NCBI GenBank assembly: GCA_036501665.1
Contig: DASXZW010000071.1
Coordinates: 59,763 to 123,762 of the forward strand
Direction of reading: 5' to 3'
DNA from: Verrucomicrobiia bacterium
GTDB taxonomy: Bacteria > Verrucomicrobiota > Verrucomicrobiia > Limisphaerales > Palsa-1400
DNA length: 64,000 nt
The notes beneath the pieces were generated by a model that was given only the letters and a program-made list of their open reading frames with translations, searched no databases and had not been told where the DNA came from. The translations under genes and the position numbers were made by a program. Positions 53,393 to 61,566 of this stretch are shown piece after piece; within the stretch, counting starts at the first letter, position 1; each line of letters starts with the position of its first letter.

Positions 53393-55606
53393 ATGTTTAC
53401 ACGGCGGATTCTTTTCCTGCTTTTCTTTCTCTCGGGCTTTTGCAGTTTGGTTTATCAATTGGTCTGGACACGGCTGGCCTTTGCGTCGTTCGGCATTATC
53501 ACGCCGGTTCTGTCAGTCGTTCTCTCTGTGTTCATGCTCGGACTCGCGCTGGGATCGTGGGCCGGAGGCCGCGTCGTGGCTGGGCTTTCCCGATCCACCG
53601 GCCTGTCACCCATCTTTTTTTATGGCGGCGCCGAACTGATCATCGGTTGCGGCGGCGTCCTGGTCCCCAAACTGTTCAAAATCGGGGAGCGCATTCTTCT
53701 TTCCAGCGGACAAAGCGATTCCGCCGGTTATCTGTTTCTTTCGGCATTGGTGCTTTCGATTTCAATTCTTCCGTGGTGCATTTTCATGGGCGCAACATTC
53801 CCGCTCGTGATGGCCTATGTGCGCGAGCAGGAAACGCAAAGCACCGAAAGCTTCAGTTACCTTTATTTCGCAAACGTAGTGGGAGCGATGTGCGGCAGCG
53901 TTCTTTCCGTCCTTGTGCTGATTGAAGTGCTCGGTTTTTTTCATACGCTGGTTTTCGCCGCAGTGGGAAATGCCATTATCGCGGCCATCAGTTTCGCCCT
54001 TGGTGTAAAGTCGAAACAGGGCAACCGTGCCGTGACTTCCGCTGAAAGCGCGCCAGTTCCCGTAATTTCCAAAGAGTCCTCACGCCTCGTCCCGTGGATT
54101 TTATTCTCGACAGGTTTCAGCGCGATGGCGATGGAGGTTGTCTGGACGCGGATGATGACCCCTGTGCTCAGGACACAGGTTTATTCCTTCGCATTCATCA
54201 TATTCGCATATCTTGGGGCGACGTTTGCGGGTTCGATGCTTTACCGTGACCACTTAAAGCGGAGCCTCGTCGCCCCGGTGCCGTTTTTGGTGGCTCTCCT
54301 TGCGGCGACAGCCCTTCTTCCCATCATAGCAGTGGATCCCGCTATTATCGACGTCCGCTGGAATATGTCTTCCGGGATGTACGGGGATACAGTGGTCGGC
54401 AAACTTTTAGTGCTGGCAAGCATCGTTCCCCTATGCGCGTTGCTCGGTTATTTGACGCCCAGCCTCATAGATCAATACTCCGGCGGTCAACCTGCGAACG
54501 CTGGAAAGGCCTATGGGATCAATATTGTTGGCTGCGTCCTTGGCCCGCTCGTCGCGTCGTATCTTCTCATTCCAAACATGAGGGAGCGATACGCGCTGGT
54601 CCTCCTTGCGTTGCCATTGCTGGCGCTCTTTTTAATTTCAAGCGCGCGTCTAGCCCGAACGGAGCGTCTCGTTTTGGGTCTGGCCAGCGTCGCGATGCTG
54701 GCGTGGTCAATATTCGGAGCGGGTGACTTTGACCGCCTTCTCGTGCAGAACGAGTCCGGCACTCAAATCCGCCGGGATTACGCCGCTTCCGTGGATTCCT
54801 TCGGGGAGGGGATGGGAAAACGGCTTTTGGTCAATGGCATTGGAATGACCATTCTCACGCCAGTGACAAAGTACATGGTCCACCTCCCGATGGCGTATCA
54901 TCAGGGAAAAGTTGAATCGGCGCTGATCATTTGCTTTGGCATGGGAACCACATTTCGTTCCGCGCTGACCTGGGATGTCAAAACTACTGTTGTTGAACTT
55001 GTGCCGAGTGTGCCGAAGGCCTTCCCGTTCTATCACGCGAACGCCGCGGAAGTCCTCGCCAATCCCAACGGCCACATCGTCATCGACGATGGGCGGCGTT
55101 ACCTGGAGCGTAGCGGGGAAAAGTTTGACGTCATTGTTATTGACCCTCCGCCGCCCGTCGAGGCTGCCGGCACGAGCCTTCTTTATTCGAAGGAATTTTA
55201 TGATCTGGTCAAAGCCCACCTGAAGCCAAACGGCATTCTTGGAACCTGGATCCCCGTCGGCTCGCTTGAGACGGAGAAGGCCATGGCTCGCTCAATGTAC
55301 GAGTCTTTTCCCTACATCAAATGTTTTGATAGTCTCGACAGCATTGGCACCCATTTTCTGGTGTCGATGCAGCCAGTCTCTTCGATGTCTGCCACGGAGG
55401 TTGCGGCGGCCATGCCCGCGAAGGCGCGAAAGGACATCATGGAATGGACGCACACTGGAGTTTTGACGAACGACATTCAGATGGTCCTGTCAAAGGAATT
55501 TGAAATCACCAACGCGCTGGATCCCGACTTAAATGTCGCCATTACCGATGAGCAGCCGTTCAATGAATATTTCATTTTGCGTCAGAGCGGTTGGTACCGC
55601 CCTTGA
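53393..55606 (+). CDS. Fused polytopic-membrane / spermidine-synthase-like protein
   Basis: The ORF-track entry is 53357..55606. ATG 53393 gives MFTRRILFLLFFLSGFCSLVYQLVWTR, the typical N-terminus of this family. The C-terminal methyltransferase-fold region has ALIICFGMGTT, VIDDGRRYL and FDVIVIDPPPP. Confidence 0.7.
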   Translation: MFTRRILFLLFFLSGFCSLVYQLVWTRLAFASFGIITPVLSVVLSVFMLGLALGSWAGGRVVAGLSRSTGLSPIFFYGGAELIIGCGGVLVPKLFKIGERILLSSGQSDSAGYLFLSALVLSISILPWCIFMGATFPLVMAYVREQETQSTESFSYLYFANVVGAMCGSVLSVLVLIEVLGFFHTLVFAAVGNAIIAAISFALGVKSKQGNRAVTSAESAPVPVISKESSRLVPWILFSTGFSAMAMEVVWTRMMTPVLRTQVYSFAFIIFAYLGATFAGSMLYRDHLKRSLVAPVPFLVALLAATALLPIIAVDPAIIDVRWNMSSGMYGDTVVGKLLVLASIVPLCALLGYLTPSLIDQYSGGQPANAGKAYGINIVGCVLGPLVASYLLIPNMRERYALVLLALPLLALFLISSARLARTERLVLGLASVAMLAWSIFGAGDFDRLLVQNESGTQIRRDYAASVDSFGEGMGKRLLVNGIGMTILTPVTKYMVHLPMAYHQGKVESALIICFGMGTTFRSALTWDVKTTVVELVPSVPKAFPFYHANAAEVLANPNGHIVIDDGRRYLERSGEKFDVIVIDPPPPVEAAGTSLLYSKEFYDLVKAHLKPNGILGTWIPVGSLETEKAMARSMYESFPYIKCFDSLDSIGTHFLVSMQPVSSMSATEVAAAMPAKARKDIMEWTHTGVLTNDIQMVLSKEFEITNALDPDLNVAITDEQPFNEYFILRQSGWYRP

Positions 55607-55696
55607 TGGAAAACCCTGATCGACTACATAAGTTAGTGAAGAAAAAGCGGTTGCGGCTTGATTCAGCAAAATCTTACCGTATGTTTTGCAACTCGA

Positions 55697-56851
55697 ATGA
55701 GGTATCGAACGGTTGCTTTGACAGCGGTGGGGGTTTTTCTCTGCGCAGTTTCTTGTAAAAAGAAAGAGCCGCCCAAGCCTGCGCCACTTAAGGTTCAGGT
55801 CATCACTGTCGCCACGCAGGACGTCCCAATTTACCAGCAATGGATCGGGACGCTCGATGGTTATCCAAACGCCCAAATTCGCGCGCAGGTCAGCGGCTAT
55901 TTAATCAAGCAGGATTACTCAGAAGGCGGCGCTGTTAAAAAGGGCGACCTCCTTTTCGAAATCGACCCCCGGCCTTTTCAAGCGACTCTCGACGCCGCAA
56001 AAGCCAAGCTCGCCCAGGACGTCGCCCAATCCGGCAAAACCGAACTCGACGTCAAACGCTACACACCTCTCGCGCGCGACCAGGCTGTCAGCCAGCAGGA
56101 ATTGGACGATGCCGTTCAGGCCAATCTCGGCGCGCAAGCGGCGATTCAAGCCGACAAAGCCACCATCGAAAGCGCCACACTCAATCTGGAATTTTGCCGG
56201 ATTACATCGCCGGTCGATGGAATCGCCGGAACCGCTTTGGCGCAAATCGGCGATCTCGTCGGCCCCGGCGGCGCGTTGCTCACCACAGTATCCACTGTCG
56301 ATCCGATACGCGTTTATTTCAGCATGAGCGAGCAGGATTATTTGAATTTTCACCGGCAATTCACCAACTCCGCCGGGTTGGAATCGTTTCGTTCGGAAAT
56401 GCAACTGCAACTGATTCTCTCTGACGGGTCAATTTATCCACAATCCGGCAAGTGGCTTTTCACCGGTCGGCAAGTCGATGTCAACACAGGCACATTCCAG
56501 GTCGCGGGCGTTTTTCCAAATCCTGATTTTTTTCTGCGTCCCGGCCAATACGGTCAGGTTCGCGCCAAAGTCGAAACTCATCGAAACGCCGTCCTCCTCC
56601 CGCAGCGCGCCATCATGGAATCGCAGGGTTCCTATCAAGTGGCGACCGTCAATGAAACAAACGGCGTGCATATCAAGAGCGTCCAGGTTGGCGATCAGAT
56701 CGGCAAGAATTGGCTGATCAACAGCGGCATCGATCCCAACGACAAAGTCATTGTGGAAGGCGACCAAAAGGTCAAAGAAGGAACTGTCGTCGATCCTCAA
56801 CCTTATAATACAGATTCGACCAACGCGCCGCCCCCTTCAGCAAAACCATAG
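55697..56851 (+). CDS. RND efflux periplasmic adaptor lipoprotein (AcrA/MexA-like)
   Basis: The ORF-track entry is 55658..56851. ATG 55697 gives MRYRTVALTAVGVFLCAVSC, ending in a lipobox. The stretch IRAQVSGYLIKQDYSEGGAVKKGDLLFEIDPRPFQA is a classic MFP lipoyl/hairpin segment. Confidence 0.85.
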   Translation: MRYRTVALTAVGVFLCAVSCKKKEPPKPAPLKVQVITVATQDVPIYQQWIGTLDGYPNAQIRAQVSGYLIKQDYSEGGAVKKGDLLFEIDPRPFQATLDAAKAKLAQDVAQSGKTELDVKRYTPLARDQAVSQQELDDAVQANLGAQAAIQADKATIESATLNLEFCRITSPVDGIAGTALAQIGDLVGPGGALLTTVSTVDPIRVYFSMSEQDYLNFHRQFTNSAGLESFRSEMQLQLILSDGSIYPQSGKWLFTGRQVDVNTGTFQVAGVFPNPDFFLRPGQYGQVRAKVETHRNAVLLPQRAIMESQGSYQVATVNETNGVHIKSVQVGDQIGKNWLINSGIDPNDKVIVEGDQKVKEGTVVDPQPYNTDSTNAPPPSAKP

Positions 56852-59800
56852 ATGTACCGCTTTTTCATCAACCGGCCCATTGTGGCCATGGTCATAGCCA
56901 TTTTGCAGGTCGTCTTGGGACTTGTCACGATGTTGAGCCTGCCGGTGGCGCAATATCCCAACATCGTCCCTCCGGAAATCCGAATCCAGACCACCTACGT
57001 CGGCGCTGACGCTCAGACTTTGGCGGAATCCGTTGCAACGCCGATCGAGGAGCAGATGAGCGGCGTGGACAACATGAACTACATGTATTCCGTCAGCGCG
57101 AACAACGGCGTCATGCGGATGGGCGTCAATTTCGATGTCAAGACCGACCCGAACATCGACCAGGTTTTGTCCCAACTCCGCGAAAATCAGGCGCAACCGC
57201 AACTGCCCGCTGCTGTCAATAATTTCGGTATTACACTGATTAAATCGCCCACGACCCCTCTGATGCTCGTGGCGTTGACCTCGCCCAAAGGCACGCACGA
57301 TTCCACATTTTTGGCCAATTACGCCTACATCAACCTGGTCGATCAAGTCACTCAGTTGAAAGGAATCTCAACCGTCACAGTCTTCGGCGCGGGACAATAC
57401 GCCATGCGCTTTTGGGTAAAACCGGATCAACTCGCCAAGCTCAATATTACTGTCAGCGATTTGCTCAGCGCCATCAACGCGCAAAACACCGTCAATCCCG
57501 CCGGGCAAATCGGTGGGCCACCTACGCCAAAGGGGCAGGAATTTACTTACGCCATTACAGCGCAAAGCCGGTTGGTGACTGAAAAAGAATTCGGCGATAT
57601 CGTTGTGCGCGAAAATTCCGATGGTTCCGTCGTGCGGTTGCGCGATGTCGCGCGAATCGAACTCGGTGCGCAAACCTACAGCCTTCTCGGCAAATTAAAT
57701 GGCAAACCTTCAGCGGTCATGGCCATTTACCAATTGCCCGGCTCAAATGCCATCGACGCCGCCAACAACGTCAAGAACCTCATGGCGCAACTCAAAGGCC
57801 GTTTTCCCGAAGACCTGGAATACGGCGTCTCGCTCGACACGACTCTTGCTGTCTCAGAAGGCATGCGGGAAATCAAATGGACTCTCGGAATTGCCTTGGT
57901 GCTTGTCATCATCGTCGTCTTTATTTTCCTCCAGGGTTGGCGGGCCTCGCTAATTCCACTGCTGGCCGTTCCGGTATCGTTGATCGGGACGTTTTCCTTT
58001 TTCCCCATTTTTGGCTTTTCGCTCAATACGCTCTCGCTGTTGGGGATAACGTTGGCCATCGGCCTGGTGGTGGACGACGCGATTGTTGTGGTCGAAGCCA
58101 CCGAACGCCATATCGAGGAAGGACTTAAACCCAAGGATGCCGCGCTCAAGGCGATGGACGAGGTGTCGGGGCCGGTGGTGGCGATGGCTTTGATATTGGC
58201 GGCGGTGTTCGTCCCAACCGTCTTCATCGCCGGCATCTCCGGCAGACTCTACCAACAATTCGCCGTAACGATTGCGATTTCCGTTGCGCTCTCGGCGTTC
58301 AACGCGCTTTCGTTAAGCCCGGCGCTGGCGGCAATGTTGCTACGGCCGAAGAAAAAGGGAAGAGCGCGCGGGCCACTATGGCGTTTTTACGACTGGTTTG
58401 ACCGCGAGTTCGACAAGGCGCGCCACATCTACCTCGGCGTGAGTTTGTGGTTCATCCGCAAGGCGGCATTCGTCCTGGTTGCTCTGCTGCTGGTCGGCTT
58501 GGCTGCTGTTTTACTGGCGCAGCATTTGCCGACGGCATTTGTGCCGGAAGAAGACCAGGGCTACGCCTTCGTCCAAGCCCAATTGCCCAACGCTTCTTCA
58601 TTGGAGCGCACTGATGCTGTCGCAAAGAAAATCGAGAACCTGATGAAAGACATTCCCGGCGTGAAATATTACACGACTGTGGAGGGGTTCAGTTTGTTGA
58701 GCCAGGTGCAGGCGACTTACAACGTATTTTTCTTCGTCACGCTCAATCCCTGGGGCAATCGCCATAAAGATTCCGAACATTTCGACGCCATTAAAAAACG
58801 GCTCAATACCGACTTGGGTAAATTGTCCGAGGCGCAAGCCTTTGCTTTTTCGCCTCCCTCCATTCCCGGCATCGGAACGGCGGGAGGTTTTACGATCATG
58901 CTCGAAGACCGTTCGGGGTCGCAAGACCAGGCGTTTCTGACGGAAAACCTGAACAAATTCATGGCCGCCGCAAAAAAGCGGCCCGAACTCTCCGGACTCA
59001 TCACCACGTATTTGCCCGATGTGCCGCAAATTTATGTCAAGGTGGACCGCGACAAGGTCTTGAAGCAGGGAGTGGCGCTGAATGATGTTTACGGGACGTT
59101 GCAAACGTTTATGGGCGGGAATTTTGTCAATTATTTTAATCGCTTCGGCCGCCAATGGCAGGTCTATGTCGAAGCGGAGGATAAATACCGCGCCAGCGCC
59201 GACAACCTCGGTTTGTTCTATGTGCGAAACAAAGCAGGGCAAAGTCTTCCGCTGACTGCTTTCGCAAAGGCGGAACGCCGCGTTGGCCCTGAATTCATTC
59301 TGCACTACAATGAATATCCCTGCGCGCAAATCAACGGGGCCGCCGCCCCGGGTTACAGCTCTAGTCAGGCCACTAAAGCGTTGGAAGAGGTTTTCGCGCA
59401 GAACATGCCCAAGCAAATGGGCTTCGACTATTTCGGCATGTCCTTCCAGGAAAAGAAAGCGGCGGAAGGTGTCAAGCCGGCAGTGATCTTCGGCGTTTCC
59501 TTGTTCTGCGTCTTTTTGATTCTCGCCGCTCAATACGAGAGTTGGACGCTCCCGTTCAGCGTTCTGCTTGGAACGCCCACCGCTATTTTAGGGGCGTTCC
59601 TGGCGCTCAACGCGCGCGGTTTGCAGAACAACGTCTTCGCTCAAATTGGTTTGATCATGCTCATCGGTTTGGCCGCAAAAAACGCCATCCTCATCGTCGC
59701 CTTCGCCAAAACTGAGTACGAGAATGGCAAGCCGATTATCGAAGCCGCGCAAACCGGCGCATCCGTCCGTTTGCGCCCGATTCTCATGACTTCCTTTGCG

Positions 59801-60037
59801 TTCATCCTGGGATGCGTGCCTCTCTGGGTCGCTTCGGGCTCGGGCGCGGTAGCTCGTCAAACTTTGGGCACGGTCGTCATCGGCGGCATGTTAGGCGCCA
59901 CTTGCGTGGACACGCTGATCGTCCCGGTGACTTTTTACATCGTCGAAAAAATGGGCGAACGATTCCATAAAAAACCCAAGCCAGCAGAGGAGGGGGAAAA
60001 ACCGCCGCCGCCGCACTCGGAGGGCGCGAAGGCATGA
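56852..60037 (+). CDS. RND multidrug efflux permease (HAE1, AcrB/MexB-like)
   Basis: 1061 aa. It begins MYRFFINRPIVAMVIAILQVVLG. Other matches are GLVVDDAIVVVE and AAKNAILIV. It starts immediately after the adaptor stop (TAG then ATG). Confidence 0.9.
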   Translation: MYRFFINRPIVAMVIAILQVVLGLVTMLSLPVAQYPNIVPPEIRIQTTYVGADAQTLAESVATPIEEQMSGVDNMNYMYSVSANNGVMRMGVNFDVKTDPNIDQVLSQLRENQAQPQLPAAVNNFGITLIKSPTTPLMLVALTSPKGTHDSTFLANYAYINLVDQVTQLKGISTVTVFGAGQYAMRFWVKPDQLAKLNITVSDLLSAINAQNTVNPAGQIGGPPTPKGQEFTYAITAQSRLVTEKEFGDIVVRENSDGSVVRLRDVARIELGAQTYSLLGKLNGKPSAVMAIYQLPGSNAIDAANNVKNLMAQLKGRFPEDLEYGVSLDTTLAVSEGMREIKWTLGIALVLVIIVVFIFLQGWRASLIPLLAVPVSLIGTFSFFPIFGFSLNTLSLLGITLAIGLVVDDAIVVVEATERHIEEGLKPKDAALKAMDEVSGPVVAMALILAAVFVPTVFIAGISGRLYQQFAVTIAISVALSAFNALSLSPALAAMLLRPKKKGRARGPLWRFYDWFDREFDKARHIYLGVSLWFIRKAAFVLVALLLVGLAAVLLAQHLPTAFVPEEDQGYAFVQAQLPNASSLERTDAVAKKIENLMKDIPGVKYYTTVEGFSLLSQVQATYNVFFFVTLNPWGNRHKDSEHFDAIKKRLNTDLGKLSEAQAFAFSPPSIPGIGTAGGFTIMLEDRSGSQDQAFLTENLNKFMAAAKKRPELSGLITTYLPDVPQIYVKVDRDKVLKQGVALNDVYGTLQTFMGGNFVNYFNRFGRQWQVYVEAEDKYRASADNLGLFYVRNKAGQSLPLTAFAKAERRVGPEFILHYNEYPCAQINGAAAPGYSSSQATKALEEVFAQNMPKQMGFDYFGMSFQEKKAAEGVKPAVIFGVSLFCVFLILAAQYESWTLPFSVLLGTPTAILGAFLALNARGLQNNVFAQIGLIMLIGLAAKNAILIVAFAKTEYENGKPIIEAAQTGASVRLRPILMTSFAFILGCVPLWVASGSGAVARQTLGTVVIGGMLGATCVDTLIVPVTFYIVEKMGERFHKKPKPAEEGEKPPPPHSEGAKA

Positions 60038-60057
60038 ACGCCCTTTCTTCATTTTTT

Positions 60058-60141
60058 CCTAATCTTAATCTTAATCCTAATCATAATCCTCTTCACGTAA
60101 TGGGAAAAGAGATTATGATTAGGATTAAGATTACGATTAGG
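60058..60141. repeat. 31-bp near-perfect inverted repeat built from hexamer (NGATTA) repeats
   Basis: The left arm is 60058-60088 and the right arm 60111-60141, complementary at 30 of 31 positions, with a 22-nt loop. Each arm is five tandem hexamers. Confidence 0.9.
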
Positions 60142-61566
60142 AGTGTCCCCTTATTGTCGGCTGGTTTGATCGTTCTACTATTAGCCGGCTGCGCAGTTGG
60201 TCCAACATACAAACGCCCCGCCGTCAATTCTCCAACGACATTTCGCAACGCCGGTTCCGACACAAATTCCCTCGGCGATCTCCCGTGGTGGCAACTCTTT
60301 CAGGACCCCGTCCTCAAGAACCTGATCCAAACCTCCCTCACCAACAATTATGACTTGCGCATTGCCGCGGCGCGAATCGAGCAATCCCGCGAAATTCTGG
60401 TGCAAACCCGTTCCGCCTATTACCCGCAAGTGGGTTACGAACTCGGTGTCGGCGGCGGAAAAAATGTCTCGGGAGGGTTGCCATCTCCCACGGGCAAAGG
60501 CGCCGGCAAGGAATATTTCGGCGCTCTCGATGCCTCGTGGGAAATCGACCTTTGGGGCCGCGTCCGCCGCCTTTCCGAATCGGCCCGCGCCCAATATTTT
60601 GCGACCGAGGAAGCGCGCCGGGACGTGACCGTCAGTCTTGTCAGCGGAGTTGCGCAATCGTATTTCCAAATTCTCGCGCTCGACGACGAATTGGTGATTG
60701 CAAAGAACGCCACCAATTCCTTCGCGGAAAGCCTGAGAATATTCGACGAACGCCTCCGCGGCGGTGTCGCGTCCAAACTGGAAACTTCTGCCGCCGAAGC
60801 TGCGCTCGATTCAGCCGCCGCGACGATTCCAGAATTGCGCCGCCAAATTGTCGCTCAGGAAGATTCGCTGAGCGTGCTGCTTGGCTTCAATCCCGGCCCA
60901 ATCTCGCGCGACACAAACGCCTTCAATCAGACGACGCTTCCCGATATTCCGCCGGGCTTGCCTTCCTCCTTGATGGAGCGGCGTCCCGATGTTCGCCAGG
61001 CCGAGCAGCTCATGATTTCTGCCAATGCGCAAATTGGCGTCGCGAAGGCCAACTTTTATCCCCAACTGTCGCTCTCCGGCCTCTTCGGTCGCGTCTCTCC
61101 TGAACTTTCTATGTTGACAGGCGGAGGAGCCAACGCATGGGAAGCCGCCGCTGAAGTCGTGGGCCCCATCTTTCAAGGCGGCCAGCTTCGGGCGCAAGTG
61201 CGCGAGGCCCGCGCCGTGTGGGACGAAACGCGCCTTTCATACCAATCCACAATTTTGCGCGCATTCCAGGAAGTTGCCGACGCTTTGACTTCCCGCGAAG
61301 AACTCAGTCGCGAGCGCGATTTTCAATCACGAGCCGTCGCCGCCTACGAGGAAGCCGTCAAAGTCGCCAACCAACGCTACCGCGGCGGTCAGGCAAGCTA
61401 CTACGAACTCCTTCAGGAGCAACAACTCCTTTTCCCCGCGCAAAACACGCTGGCCCAGGTCCACCTCAACCAGCTTCTCGCCACCGTCCAACTCTACAAA
61501 GCCCTCGGTGGCGGCTGGATTGCTCCAACTTCACCCGGTCAACCCGCCGATTCGCCGAAGAATTAA
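60115..61566 (+). CDS. RND efflux outer-membrane factor lipoprotein (NodT/OprM family)
   Basis: The ORF-track entry is 60034..61566. ATG 60115 gives [26 protein letters not shown] (lipoprotein signal) followed by AVGPTYKRP. The alternatives ATG 60100 and ATG 60034 would translate the repeat arms. The body is paralogous to the OMF at 174..1658. Confidence 0.8.
   Translation: MIRIKITIRSVPLLSAGLIVLLLAGCAVGPTYKRPAVNSPTTFRNAGSDTNSLGDLPWWQLFQDPVLKNLIQTSLTNNYDLRIAAARIEQSREILVQTRSAYYPQVGYELGVGGGKNVSGGLPSPTGKGAGKEYFGALDASWEIDLWGRVRRLSESARAQYFATEEARRDVTVSLVSGVAQSYFQILALDDELVIAKNATNSFAESLRIFDERLRGGVASKLETSAAEAALDSAAATIPELRRQIVAQEDSLSVLLGFNPGPISRDTNAFNQTTLPDIPPGLPSSLMERRPDVRQAEQLMISANAQIGVAKANFYPQLSLSGLFGRVSPELSMLTGGGANAWEAAAEVVGPIFQGGQLRAQVREARAVWDETRLSYQSTILRAFQEVADALTSREELSRERDFQSRAVAAYEEAVKVANQRYRGGQASYYELLQEQQLLFPAQNTLAQVHLNQLLATVQLYKALGGGWIAPTSPGQPADSPKN

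Noticed and set aside
60034-60114. The N-terminal 27 codons of the track ORF 60034..61566 (MNALSSFFPNLNLNPNHNPLHVMGKEI).
   Set aside because: The sequence is the translation of the left repeat arm and the loop. A proper lipoprotein signal begins at ATG 60115. I keep it only as an alternative in the finding, not as the called start.
60058-60141. CRISPR-like or other tandem array interpretation of the hexamer repeats.
   Set aside because: The units are 6 bp, contiguous and without spacers. They are arranged as two complementary arms, so this is a hairpin and not a repeat-spacer array. There are no cas genes in the window.
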